A DNA stretch of 64,000 bases. Origin: Mobula hypostoma (Eukaryota). The notes beneath the pieces are model-generated. The model was given only the letters and a program-made list of their open reading frames with translations. It made no database searches and had not been told where the DNA came from. Positions 36,715-50,248 of this stretch are shown here, piece by piece. The position numbers and the translations under genes are program-made. The stretch is taken from contig NC_086101.1 of assembly GCF_963921235.1 (NCBI RefSeq), forward strand, positions 156,612,001-156,676,000, written 5' to 3'. The stretch's first letter is position 1. Each line of letters opens with the position of its first letter.

Positions 36715-37880
36715 TCAGAATCAGAATCAGGTTTACAATATCTTGACTAGCATGATATTTGTTGTTTTGACAGCAGTAAAGTGCAATACATAAAGATCAC
36801 TACAAATTACACATAGAAAATACAAAAAATAAGTAAATAGAACAAAATGAGAGCTAAATAGTGAGGTAATGTTCTTGAATTTAAAGAGTATTTAGCTGCT
36901 TTTGAATCACTGAGTGCGCATCCTCAGACTCCGGTATCTCCTCAAAATGCCAAAAATGAAGAGAGGCATGTGCCAGATACTGATCTCCTTTGTGGTGGAT
37001 GCCATTTTCTTGACGCACCATCTCTTGAAGATTTCCTTGATGTGGGGAGGGTTGTGTTGTGATGGAGCTGGTTGAGTCTACAACTTTCTGCAGACCAGAG
37101 TGATTCTATGGATTGGAGCCTCCGCAGCTGGCTATGATGCAGCCATAAGACCATAAAACATAGGAGAAGAAATATGCCATTCAGTCCATCAAGACTGCAT
37201 TAATTTCAATTATTCGTGACTTATTTTCCCTCCCAGCCTCAATCTCCAGGGTTCTCCCTGTAACCTTTGACTCTCTTACCAATCAAACATCTATCAACCT
37301 CCACTTTAAATAGTTCCACCAATTGTCCTCCAGTCATCTGTAGCAATGTATTCCACAGATTCACCATCCTCCAGCTAAAGAAATTCCTCTCAACTCTGCT
37401 CTAAAGGGATATCCTTCTATTCTGAGACTGTGCTCTCTGATCCTAGACTCTCTTAATATTAGAAACGTCCTTCCGACGTCCAAAGGCCTAAATAGAAGGT
37501 CTTTCAAAATTTGGTATGTTTCAATGAGATTCTTCCTCATTCCTCTAAACTCTAGTGAGTACAGGCCCACAGCCATCAAACAGTTCTTGTTTGTTAGCTC
37601 CTTCATTCACAGGATCATTGTCATAAACTTCCTTTAGATTCTCTCCAATGCCAGCACATTCTTTCTTAGATATGGGGGCAAAACCTTCTCACAATAATCC
37701 AAATGTGGTCTCACCAATGCCTCATAAAGCCTTCACATTACATCCTTGTTTTTTATATTCTAGTCTGAAGGGTCTCCACTGTACATCTATAGAAATTTGT
37801 AAGAGTCTTTAGTGACATACCAAATCTCCTCAAACTCCAAATGAAGTCGAACCACTGGCATGTCTTCTTTATGATTGCAC
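36715..37880 (-). mobile_element. Rex1/Babar fragment split by a CR1 insertion
   Basis: TCAGAATCAGAATCAGG tail at 36716; Rex1 sequence resumes at ~37770 (CTCCACTGTACATCTATAGAAATTTG). Confidence 0.7.
37143..37765 (-). mobile_element. CR1 3' fragment
   Basis: ORF 37361-37606(-) GLYSLEFRGMRKNLIETYQILK; CATAAGACCATAA tail. Confidence 0.85.
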
Positions 37881-40800
37881 TAGTTGGTGCACAAATATTT
37901 CTTAGTGGTGGGAATGGTGTGAGGAGCTAATGGTCAAATCCTGCTTCCCTTTCTGTTGTCCTTAAAAATATTCTTATTGAAAGCTTGAAGAGCTTAGCGG
38001 GAAGTCCCAGTCCTTGCATTGGTGCATGAGTTATGAATTCTAACTGGTACAACAGCTTTATTTTAAAGCAGCTACTTCTTAAGGAATACTCATGGCTTGA
38101 AATTTTTGCTTCTTTTGTTTTTGCTTCAGTTTGCTGAGATTTTTAAATTTTTATTTTGCTAGTGTTTCAAAAGTAGCTTATAAACCAGTCACACTCAGCG
38201 TGTTGTCAAAGATAGCCAATCTCTTCAGAGATACGGAGGTTAGTTTTACATCAATGTGTCCCTCTGGCCTAAATTATGAAAGGCTCCTGGAATCTGGGAA
38301 TCAAGTGCTAGGAGCATTATTTAAATTGGCTGAGAGACAGATTTTCAGTGAAACAATGGGTGCAGAAGGGCTGTAGCTCATCATAAGGACCATGTAGAGA
38401 GGGTACTCTGAACAAACAATATAAATATTCAGAGATAAATCAAAAGAAACTGATATCATGAAGCAAATCAAATTCAAATTCAAGTTTATTGTCACAGGTG
38501 TAAATACCTAGTGTATAAATATCACAAAAATTCACCTTATGTAGCACAGTACTTTACAAACATAAGTTAGCATAAAATTAAATTAATATAAATTGTACAG
38601 AACTTACATAAACTAATTAAGTAAGACAATAAGACAGATCCTTCAACCCAACGGGCCCAAGCTGGCTGAGATGCCCACCTAAGCTTGTACCCTCTGTTTG
38701 TGTTGGGCCCAGAAGCAAATGTAGCTGTGAATCAGTATTTGAATCAACAATTGAGGTGGTAATATTCATCTTCATGCCCATCTTCAACATGTCAATCTTC
38801 ATGCAGCATCTCCACCTGAAATGTTGACCATCCATCTGCTTCCATAGAGGCCTCTCAGCCCATTTGAATTTGTAAAGCAGTTTGATTTTTGCTGCCAAGT
38901 TATTAATCGGTGATTGAGAGTTCATTCTTCAGTAATCAGATACTGATCCCAGGGTTCAGATTGGTGGCAATGATGCCATTTTGATTGATCAATATCAGTG
39001 CTGGCAATGGAACCACAGACAAACTACAGCTGGTGGGGCTCATAATCACAAGGTTTTCTTGTCAAACAAACTGACTTTGGGCAATTTTGCAGCTCAAAGT
39101 GGACCCTGTATTAGCTATCACTCTTGTGATGTACAACACATCCTTTTTGAGAAATTTTGATCCAAGTCCGTTGATGACTATGAAGATAGGTAATTTTATA
39201 ACAATCATCACATGATTAAAATATCATCTCAATAAAATAGAAAGTACTGGAAGTATGCAACATGTCAGGAGAGTCTGGAGAGCAATAAACTGGAGGTAAT
39301 GTTGCAACTCTATTAACTCTATTAAACTCGGTTTGTCTCTCTACAGATGTTGGTTACCTGCTGGGTATTCTCAGAATTTTCAAGCTTTTAATTCAGATTT
39401 CTAGTATCTGTAGAATTTTGCTTTAGAAAACTATAATTTTATCCTTGCGTTCAGTGGATGGATTTAAACAGCAGGGTTATTTATGCAGTAGTTTGCACTA
39501 TAATTTCAATTCTTATTTAAGTCAATTAAATGACTGGACGTCAAAGGCTCCCTAGGGTTTTATTATTTTACATCCAGTACAAAATTGATACAATTAAATA
39601 ATATCACTATGAACACTCATAGTTAACATTCACACCAAAAAGAAACAATTTCTCCATACATGATGCAAATCCTACACTTGTGGCTCATCAAAAATTAACA
39701 GTTGGTGGTGACTTTATGCAGGTAATGAGATCTTGGTGCCACGTGCTGAGAAGAATTGTACTGGATACAATGAGGTTTAATGCAAAAATGGGAAAAATGG
39801 AGCCTGTTTGGAGTCCCAAAATTAGTATAACAAGTACCAATTATGAAGGCGAATATGGACACTCAAACAGTGCCTGAAAGGAAAAAAGGACTGTAGGAAG
39901 TCCTGGAAGAACTCAGGAAGTCAGACAGCTTCAGCAGAGAGTGAAACAAAGTTGGCATTTGTTTCTGAGTATAAATCATCTCTTATGAATGTTGAAGATG
40001 AAAAAGAAAGACAAATCTACTGGTGGAATCACTACTGGATGTACTTGAAGTTATAACAAATGATCTATTGAATATGGAAGGTGAGTGGGCATTTGCGTCT
40101 GGTTAGAAGAGAGAAGGGTAGAAAGATAAGAAATAGAGAAGGTTTGAGAGCTTGGAAATTATCAGGAGTTCAGCTTTGATTCAGTTGAAAGGAAGAGAGC
40201 TTAAAACCACTGGTGAGGAAAGTTTCATTTTCAGAGCAAGTACCGTGAACAAGGTGAAATTGTAAATTTTGTCCTCCAACATCAGCAGATATTTTGCCCC
40301 AATATCTGTAAAGTGTCAATCAAACTGTTTTACAAATATATTTGGCACTAAGTCCCCCTTTTTGTGTATAAATGAGGAGCCTAATATGTTAGTTTTCCTT
40401 GTCAAATTGAGCATGTGCTGAGTGGATACAAGGGCTGGTGTGTTCATCTCGATATTCAACCTGGGCATGACCTCCATCTGGAAGGAACAGATAACTGATC
40501 TCAACACAAAATGTCAACAGCTTATTCCCCTCCATAGATGTTCCCTGAACCGTGAGTTCCTCCAGCACTTTTGATACTGCTCCATGGTATGTCCACTCAC
40601 CTGTTCTCCCAAATATTTAAGGTTCCGGGAGTAACCTCCCTTGGTTACAAGCCATATCTGGGCATTTGACGCCATTTACTGCCTGTGGCACTGGGTAATT
40701 TTATAAACTAATTATATGTTTAAAATACCAGTAAATAAGGCAGTGCCTTTGAGAGGGTTTAGCAAACAGTCTTAGACTATGCCTGGGATGCCTAGGTTTA

Positions 40801-42162
40801 GATTGGTTTCCTGTCTTTATTTTGGAACTGAGTGTGGAGGTTCCAAAATTGAGTTTTATTGCATAAAGAAAACTAATAATCAAAGTAAACAAACTGTATA
40901 TCAAAGGTTAACATTTAATCACAAAGAATATCTTTAACACTTCAAAATACCCAGTTCAATTCTCCTGAGGAATTTTACATCCTTTCTGCAAAAGTAATTT
41001 TAATTAATAATTTCCAGCTGGAAGCTGAAATGAGGGACCTTGAGATTGCTGCTTACAGTTTATTGATAAGAATGCATGCAAAATTTGACTGAGTTAGTCA
41101 GTGTTTTCAATGCCAATCTGTTGAGAATCCTAGCTTCCGATCCTTCACTTTGCTGCTTGGGAGATGAGTATCCCCAGAATGAACCAAGTGAACACAGAGC
41201 TTCAGGCACATAGATTTTTCAGTATTGAAGAGAATTCTAATATAAGAAAAGAATGAATTTGGTTTTGTTGTAACTCTATATTTTTGCTGAGAAGATGATT
41301 TCTCGAGGTGGAATTAATATTTTCTTCCTTTAAGTGCAAATAGCTTGCATTGAATTTAATTAACACCCCAAGCAATGTTTGGAACACAGTCTCTAGAGAT
41401 TTCCAGACTGTGAGTTCAGTTTCTCACAAAGCTGAATAATCCGTTGGAAATTCAATGCATATGTAATCTGAATCAGAAAGTCGCAACACAAGTTATATTT
41501 CAATATTGCATTTAATTCCTTACAGTGTTTTCTTCAACTCAATTTCTTTGTTGCTATGCTCAACTCATTTTTTCATTGCCCCAGAAGCAATAATGAGATT
41601 ATTTATTTCTTGAATCACTTTTTTTCTTTGTTAATTATTTCCACAGCGTTTACTTTCAATTATGTGCTAGGTGATTTACACATGTCTCTTTAAGGGAATC
41701 AAAATGCCTATGGTGTACAAGCTGTCCTTGGGCACATGGAAGAAAAAAATAATGGTTCCTGACCTTTTAGGAAATTTAATAACACATAAAATTCCAATAA
41801 TTTGCTATCTGACTTTTCAGAAATCCTGATGCCTTGGCTCACCTGGTTCTATTGTCCAAACTCCTTTTAAACACATCAGAGTCTCGTTTCACATTCTCTT
41901 TTAAATCACCAAGGTCCCATTTCCTGCAAACCTATTAAATTAATCAGGCTCTATTCCCATTCTCATTTAAAATTCACTAGGCACCCTTTTCTGTGCTCCT
42001 TTTAAATTTATCTGGAATTTTATTATTCTCCTGAGTGAAATATTGTTAAAAATTAAGAATGTATTGGTGTTTAATAGGAATAACATTGAATTGCCATGAC
42101 AATCTGCTGGTGTGGTACCAATAAAATCCTGAGGTGCTGGATTGTCAGAGTTTCTCACTCAA

Positions 42163-42650
42163 ACATGAGAAAGTCTGAAGATGCTAGAAGTCCAAAGCAA
42201 CACACACGCAATGCTGGAGAAACTCAGCATGTCAGGCAGCATCTATGGAAAAGAGTAAATAGTCAACATTTTGGGCTGATATCCTTCTTCAGGACTGAGA
42301 AGGAAAGAGGAAAACGTCACATTAAAAATGTGGGGGGTATGGGAAAGAGACTTGCTGGAGATGATAGGCAAAAGTCGCTGGGTGGGGAAGGTCAAGGGCT
42401 GGAGAAGAAAGAAGCTAATGGGAGAGAAGAGTGGACAATAGGAGAAAAGGAAGGTGGAGGGATTCAGGAGGAAGTGGAAGGCAGTTGAGAAGAAGTGAAA
42501 GGTCAGTGTGGGGAATAGAGGAATGGGGGAAGTAAAATTTCTTCACTGGAAGTAGAAACTGACATTCATACCAACAGGTTGGAGGGTACAGAGATGGAAT
42601 ATAAGGCGCTGCACCACCAACCCGATTGTGGCCCGATCTTGGTGCACTAT
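42163..42650 (-). mobile_element. Penelope-like 3' end, left member of an inverted pair
   Basis: pLTR end (CAACACACACGCAATGCTGGAGAAACTCAGC), purine-rich UTR complement and decayed GIY-YIG C-terminus on the minus strand. Confidence 0.75.
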
Positions 42651-42654
42651 CAGC

Positions 42655-43160
42655 CATAAGTGAGACTTCCCGGTGGCCAAACATTATCATTCCAATTACC
42701 ATTCCCATTCTGACATGTCAATCCATGACCTCCTCTTGTGCCAAGGTGAGGCCACCCTCAGGGTGGAGGAACAACATCTTGTATTCCGTCTGGGTATCGT
42801 CCATCCTGATGGCATCAATATTGATTTCTCCTTTCAGTAAAAAAATTCTGCCCCCCCCTCACTTCCTCTATTCCCCACTCTGACCTTTTATCTCTTCTCA
42901 CCTGCCTATTACTTCTCCCAGGGTTGCCTCCTCCCTCCCTTTCTCCTATGATCCACTCTCCTCTCCTATCGGATTCTTTGTTCTCCAGCTCTTGACCTTT
43001 CCCATTCATCTGGCTTCACTCATCACCTTTTAGCTACAGGTAACCTCCTTCCCCTTCCACCATCATTTTATTCTGGCATCTTTCCCCTTCTTTCTCAATC
43101 CTGAAGAGGGACATCAGCCCAAAACATTGACTGTTTACATTTTTCCACAGGTGGTGCCTG
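42655..43160 (+). mobile_element. Penelope-like 3' end with GIY-YIG C-terminus, right member of the inverted pair
   Basis: 42664-42840 reads DFPVAKHYHSNYHSHSDMSIHDLLLCQGEATLRVEEQHLVFRLGIVHPDGINIDFSFQ*; decayed hammerhead CCTGAAGAGGGACATCAGCCCAAAACATTGACT near 43100-43132. Confidence 0.85.
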
Positions 43161-44199
43161 TTCATCCAATGATTTGAGAGTTTTACTCTACTTGCTTTCA
43201 TAGAATATATATTTTTTTAAATAGAACTTTGAACATAGAACAGTACAGGTCAGGAATAGGCATTTCGATCCCCCACATCTGCACTGACTATGATGCCAAT
43301 CCAGACTGATCCTACTTGCTTGATATTAGTCTATGCCCCTCAGTTTCCTGCCTGTTAATGTGTCTGTCTAAAGGCATCTGAAGTAAATGAACGATCATTT
43401 GACAAGCAGAGAACTACAGTTGTTTAGCACTGGAGAGTTTAGAGAGAATAGAAGAGAGTCAGGAACATGCAGCTGGCCGAAGGTATAATCACAACACCAG
43501 TAAAGATGAAGCTCACACTCTAAAAGCAAATACTGGACTTTAAAGATGGAAAAAGTTGTAGTATGGTAATATGCTGGTACTGCGTATGCATTCACACACA
43601 TGGGATTTATGATTCAATCTTAATTTAACTAAATAATCGCTTTTAAGTAGTTAAAATTCAGTGGTTAATAGGTTATTGCAAAGGAAAGTATAATGATAGA
43701 AGAATCTTGAATATATATGATAATGAAAACATAATTATCTTTTACCCTCAGACGTTTTCCTTTGTAAATGTATTAGCTTTTTATAAATGATTCATTTTAC
43801 TTTAACATTGTACCCTAAGTTCAAAATTGTGGGTTCTATTAATCTTCACTAACATGATTTCCATGTAAATTTAGATGAACTGGCCATCCAGCTACAGGTT
43901 CTGGTGAACATTGCGGCAGCCTCTCTAGCCAGGGAATCGGAGCGATGGGTGTTAACCTGGGACGAGGGAGAATTACTGCCAAACAGAAGGGAGATAAAAC
44001 AATCCACGGATTACCTGGTATCTAAACAGATCATTGGATCAATAGTCGCTCATTTAAGTAATATTGTTTCCTTTTGTTTTATAACAAGGTCAATATAAAA
44101 CATTCCCATGGTTAATGAGCTGAGAGACCCATGCATGAGACTTGCTTGAAGTATGTGAGGGGGCACTGAAAGGTAAGAAGTTTGAAGCTCTACGCAATC

Positions 44200-44374
44200 G
44201 GCAATTGCCTCTGATCTGGGCCAACATTTACATGCCGGGCGGCACCTATTTGATTAGCTTGTTTATTTCAGCTTTTTTTCTTAAAGATGTGCTGGGTGTG
44301 TCCCAGCTACCGCTGCACCCCTGCATGCTTCGCGGCCCGGTATCAGTCCGCGGCCCAGAGGTTGGGGACCACTG
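44200..44374. mobile_element. hAT (Charlie-like) non-autonomous element right end
   Basis: CpG-rich GCGGCCCGG..CCGCGGCCCAGAGGTTGGGGACCACTG terminus followed by ATTTAGAC (NTCTAGAN-like); left end not located. Confidence 0.6.
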
Positions 44375-44382
44375 ATTTAGAC

Positions 44383-46750
44383 CACAAGACCATAAGCTAT
44401 CAGAGCAGAATTAGGCCATTTAGCCCATCAAATCTGCTCTGTCATTCCATCATGCCTGATTTCTTATTGCTCTCTATCTTCTCCCCATGACTTTTGACAC
44501 CCAACAAACTGTCAACCTCTGTTTACTTAAATATTACTGCAATATTAAATACATAACACTCTCTCTATGAACTCCAACCCAATATAGAATGCATCTCAAC
44601 TATATATATGGGTGAGACTTGTGGCTGTGAAACAACTTCAGGTTCAGGGGCCTCCTCCATGGTGGTTGAGACTGCAGGAAGTTGTTCTGTCAGCTTTGGA
44701 CACCTTTTTTCAGGATGTGTTGGCATTCTGATCAGTACATGACAAGCTGCTTGATCTGCTGGTCTATTCCAGGCCATCAGACAAAGCTTTAAGCCAATGC
44801 ATTCATTCTGATCAGGCCTAGATGATTAGCATGCACTGTAGCCCCTCCAACACTTTAGCTTTCAGCTTGGATGATGCATCAGCTCTCAATTCCCATAAGG
44901 CAACTCTGTCAAGGGTGAGCTTGTTCCGATGTTGGTAAAAATGGGGGATCGGGTTGCCCCCATTTTGGGTTGCCATGTACGTTTGTAGATCTGAGACAGG
45001 GTGGCTCTTTTCTGGTTTCCCTTTGGATCATCTCTGTTGTAATAGGGAGACTTGCAATTTGCGTTTGGGAGAATACATCAAAAGTAGTGTCCTCTTATGT
45101 AAGTTTTTCAGGTATTTCCTTTTTCAAGGGTAAATGGAACAATCCATCAGTATTTCCATGATTAGTTGTCCTCTTGAATTTAACCTGGTGATTATGTCCT
45201 CCAAGAAACAGAGCCCATCTCTGAATTTATGCTGCTGCTGTTAGTGGAACACCCTTCTGTGGATTGAAAATGGACAATAGTGGTTCATGGATTTACTGAT
45301 TATGCTCACAAGAAAATGAATCTCAAGTTTGTATATGGTGACACATATGTACTTTGATAATAAATTTACTTTGAACTTTGAACTTTTTAATCCTGCACTG
45401 GTCTGGTGTATGTGAGCTCCTGCCACCATGGTAACACAATTTGTTCGGCCAGGCCAGTTTCTGTTTAGATGTGCAAATTTTGTTCATGTACACTTTCATT
45501 CCTGACTGCACTTCAATGGCATCTCTTTAGCTGTTTCTATTGATAGAGCAATTTCAACTACTTTCTTAAATGTTAGTTGTGCTTTCTTGTAAGATTACAC
45601 AAACTAAACAATCTCTCAGCCCATCTTTGAACTGCCAATGGCCAATCTGTTTAATACAGTACCATAAGCTGAAATGGACTCCCCTTCCTTTTCATTCCGT
45701 TTATGAAAGCTGAAGTGTTCTGCAATCAACAATGGTTTCAGATCTAATGTTCCTGCAGTACTTTCACAATATTAGCAAAGCTTATTTCAGCTGGTTTGGT
45801 TGGAGCAGTTAAACTTCTCAACAAACAGTATGCTTTTCCATCCAATGCACACAGCAAAATTGTCACTCGCTCTTTATTAGCTGTTTCATCAGCTTCAAGA
45901 ATCTGCTGAATTTGCTCAATATACATATTCTGGTTATCTCTTGTGTAATCGAACACATCTATCTTTCCTATGTAGCTAGTCATTTCTGATTTTTCATTTA
46001 TGATTATTATGACCTTGTACTGCCAGTTTATGAACCTGTAAATTTGTTTGCTTTCTGCCTTTTTTAGCTCAACTGTCTGTCTCTTTCCCTTGTGAAGAAT
46101 CAAATGCATTGTAGTTTTTAAAAACTCGAACGTCTCACTGCGTTTTTTTTTAACTCGTACGTTTCACTTCATTTTATTTTACTCGAACATTTTGCTGTGC
46201 TTCAACAGGTAAGTAGCTGTCTTAGGTTCGTTTAATACTTCCTTATCACCACTGTTAACTCCAAAACAAAAAACTAATTGAAAGAAAAACATGGGGAGAC
46301 TGGAAGAATATATAATTTTTGTTTTCATATTTAGTAAGACACACACTGATAACATAGTGGTGTAATGACGTATGCCATTCACGTACTTTACATATAACCC
46401 ATAATTAATTATTTAAACAAAAAAGAGTGCTGAATCAAACAATGTTTTTACAACAGCACTCCAATATCTTTGAAATATTAGACGCACAACACTCTGTTTT
46501 AAATATAACCAATGCTTGGCCTCCACAGCTCTGTTCTAAAGGGAAGTTCCTGTACTCTGAGGCTGTGCCCTCTGGTCCTAGACTCTCTGACTATTGGAAA
46601 TATTCTCTCCACATCCACTTTGGTCTTTCAATATTTGAAAGGGTTCAATGCAATCCCAATTCTTCTAAACTCCAAACTTCTAAGCCAGCTCAGAGCCATC
46701 GAAAGCTCCTCATACGTTAACTATTTCATTGCTGGGATCATTGGGATCAT
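44383..46750 (-). mobile_element. CR1 3' fragment split by the Gypsy insertion (parts 44383-44520 and 46492-46750)
   Basis: TCAACCTCTG|TTTTAAATATAACCAATGCTTGGCCTCCACAGC is contiguous once the insert is removed, matching the CR1 at 29960-30010. Confidence 0.75.
44521..46491 (-). mobile_element. Gypsy (Ty3) LTR retrotransposon, internally deleted
   Basis: Gag ORF 45744-46109(-) MTSYIGKIDVFDY...LLRSLTAPTKPA; 5' LTR ~46253-46491 (TGT...AACA) followed by PBS-like TGGTGATAAGG (46241-46251); AGAGAGAG purine tract then a truncated 3' LTR start TGTTATG at 44558. Confidence 0.85.
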
Positions 46751-47979
46751 TTGAAGATACATTCAGTAACTTAATGTATGGTTCTATAATTTCTTTACTC
46801 ATTAGTTACTGAGTATATGGTTATTAAACTTCAGTACACATGTACCTGTGATGCTACTGCAAGGAAATCTTTCATTGTACCTGTACTTCACTGTACTTGT
46901 GCACAAAATGATAAACTTGTTTTGACTTGACTTGAGATCAGTATTATATGCTGACTGATACCTGATCAGCCTCCTCTGTATATTTGTCATGGTGTGGCAG
47001 TACTCAAGAAGGCATCCAGAGTAATTTGTACCATAAACACAAGGTAGTACTACAGATGAATTCTCAATTCTTTCTGGGCCACCAAAAAACAAACCAAGAT
47101 TCACGCTCCAAGTTTGTTGAAGGGCAAACAATTCCTACTACGCAAGATCAAAATGGTTATCGTGTTTTATTCCACAAAATGATCTTGCTTACAGATGTAA
47201 ATTTATTAAGGGTGTGCACTGACGTGGCAGATGTTCTACCATATGTTTTCTGATCTATAAGAGCTGAAGGTGACCAGTCTGCAATAGTCATGCTGAAGTC
47301 CTGGAGTCCCTAGGAAGCACTGAGTGAAAAAAAAACTATTGTCTTTATTTGGTCAAAAGGGCATTATTTATATCCAGCAGCTTTTTTCTTACTCACAGCT
47401 GGTAACTGAAGATTTATGAAGGAAACTGCAAGGTTAAAAATGCTTCAGACTTTTTCTGTAGGAGAACAGAGGAACATAATGCACAGACCCCAGAGAGCTC
47501 CAGCGGAGATCTGAAAGAGATTGCATGACTGACTATTGTAAGTGAAACACAAGTAGCAAAGGCATTAATCGGGCTAGGTCAGGTAGTCCAAAATCCAAAG
47601 GCCAATTTCATCACTTACAGTGAACCAAAGAGAAAGCTTTTCCTAGGTATGTGAACAACAGTCAGAGAAATGGTTCCAGCCTAATTCAGCAAGCAGATTA
47701 TAAACAAAGTTTGCTTTCAAAACAAAGCAAAAATCATGCAGATAGCTTGAACACTGAATGAAAAACACAGTACGTATGAAATGTGGAGAGAGATGATAGA
47801 TGAAAAAAAGCAGCAACTGGACCAAATATGATCTACTGTATGTCAACATTCAAAAACCAAGAAACTATCTTCTTTAGATAGGTACCAAGATCTATCTTCT
47901 TTGGTTCACTTGGACCAAGAAGATGAAGACGGCAGAGCCTCAGCAAGGTCCCGCATGAAAGAACCAGTCTGGAATGTTA

Positions 47980-49070
47980 AATCACAAGGGATCTAGGGTG
48001 AGCTAGCCATTTGGAACTAAAAATTGGGTTTTGGTATGTGGGATAAATTGAGGCCTGTGTCCAGTGATATATGGCAGGGATCAGTGCTGGGACCACTGTA
48101 GTTTGTTATCTGTGTTAATGTTTTGAATGAGAATGTAATTGGCACGGTTTGAAAATTTCACCAAAATTGATGTTACTGTGGACAGTAAAGAAACTTGTCG
48201 AAGATTACAATAGGTTATAGGTCAACTGCCAAGGAATGGCAGTTAAAATTTAACTTAGACAAATGTTGCATTTTGGGAAGTTACGCTGAGATCGGCCACA
48301 CATAGTGAATGACAAGGCTCTGGAGAATTTTGTAGAACAGAGGGACCCATTAATATGAGTACATAGTTCTCTGAAAGTGACAATAGAGGAAGACAGGGAG
48401 GTGAAGAAGACAATTGGCAGGCTTACCTTCATCAGTCAGGGCATTGACCAGAAGGGTTCGGATGTCATGTTACAGTTGTTTTAAAACTTTGGGAGGAGGA
48501 GTCAAGGAGAGACTAAAACTAGGGGGCATAAATGTAACGCAAACAAAATGTGGAAGAACCTAGCAGGTCAGGCAGCATCAATGGAAAGAAATAAAGGGTC
48601 AAAGTTTCTGGCCAATACCCTTCACCAGGACAGACTATCGTCAGTGTACATATTGTCAGCTCCTGATCAAGGGTCTTGGCCTAAATGTCAACTCTTTATT
48701 CCTTTCAATAGATGCTGAGTTCTTCCAACAGTTTTTGTGTTCCGTGGGATTTCCAGCATCTGCAGACTCTCTTGTGCTTAGCACATCAATTTAAGTTGAG
48801 AAGGAAAAGATTAAAAGGGAAGCCAAAGGAAACTTCTTCACATGGAGAGTGGTGCATATTTGGAATGAGGAGCCAGAGGGAGTGGTCGAAGTGGATACAA
48901 TTATAATGTTTAAAAGTCCTCTGAACAGGTACATGGATAGGATGGGTTTAGAGTGATGGACCAAACATGAGCAAAAGGGAATAGCTTAGGTGGGCACAAT
49001 AGTCAGCATAGTTGCTTTTGGGCAAGGGCCATCTCTTCGCTGTAAAACTTTATGGCTCTATAACTCTATG
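47980..49070 (+). mobile_element. CR1 RT/3' fragment, old, with inserted Penelope inverted-repeat unit
   Basis: QGSVLGPL and FNLDKCC.FG motifs; CTATAACTCTATG tail near 49057-49070. Confidence 0.8.
48537..48778. mobile_element. Penelope-derived palindromic unit
   Basis: Decayed hammerhead motifs on opposite strands at 48597-48632 (-) and 48661-48693 (+); complementary arms GGAAAGAAATAAAGGGTCAA / GTCAACTCTTTATTCCTTTC. Confidence 0.75.
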
Positions 49071-49879
49071 GTATATTGGTGTGGAAGGAGCTGGAAAGAG
49101 GAGAGAACAAGGAGATGAGGGATTATTTTATGTTGCTGTGGTGATACACTTAATGAAAGGAACAGCTGTTAGATCTAACTTAACTATCTCCATTTCCTAA
49201 GTTCTGGAGGGCACAGCTGGCCAGCTGAAATCATAAAAAAAATCTGGAACAGAGCTGGGTTTGCACAAAGTGATGACTGCCTCTCCAGTTATTCTGGCTT
49301 TCCACTCATTCTAAATTAACTATAGTTGTGGAAAAGCAGAGCTGAGCTTTGTGCTTCCTATTTCACATCTCAAAGCCTTTTTGAAAAATTGCAACATCGC
49401 TGGGAATCCCTGGCCCACGACCACTTAGAGTGGTGAAGCGTCATTTGTGAATGGCAGTGTCATTTTGAATCTTTTCAACAGGAACATACGGAATCTTAGA
49501 ATAAATAGTCACTTGCTCATCCCATCAAACACCTCCTGCTCCACATTTGGTGTGGTCTGCTGTTCCCACAAACACAGAACTGTAGTGGAAGCGAACTACC
49601 CTCAACCTGAAAAATATCTGGTATGTTCATCCCAAACCTTTTGGACTGTCCTGTTGTGTCTCTGATCTCAAAGCAACTGATACTCAAGACTATAACATAA
49701 ACATACAGCAAATGGGTGAAATCTCATTTTATTCCCCAATGGGGTATTCTCCTGAATCTTGAATTTGAGCTACAATATACATCTTTCCTACTTTATATAC
49801 CCTGATTTCCAAAACATGTTGTGGGTCATTTAGACTGATTGGCAACTTAATATCTTGGTAGAATTGACAGGAGTTGCTG

Positions 49880-50248
49880 CCTGAAGAAGGCATTACCCAT
49901 CATCAAAGGTTTCCACCATCGCCCATACTATCTTCTTGGAGCTGCCTTTGAGCCCTGAAGTCCCAGGTTCAAGGACAACTACTTCCATGCAACCATTAGA
50001 TTCTTGAACCAGCTGATAAAACACAAACCGTTACAATTTAGGAACACCTTGCCCACTTTTACTAAAATGGACTTCAGTTTCTTTATTTAAATTGTATTCT
50101 TATTTGTAAATATTGTTAAGTTATGTTTTCCTTGTGAATTCTGCTCGTATAGTATGATTTTATACACCTGTGATGTGTAAGTTTTTCATTGTATATGTGT
50201 GTACCAGTACTTATACATATGGCAATAAACTCATTTGACTTTGACTTT
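49880..50248 (+). mobile_element. Rex1/Babar 3' end, old
   Basis: CLKKALPIIK motif; AATAAACTCATTTGACTTTGACTTT tail. Confidence 0.65.
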
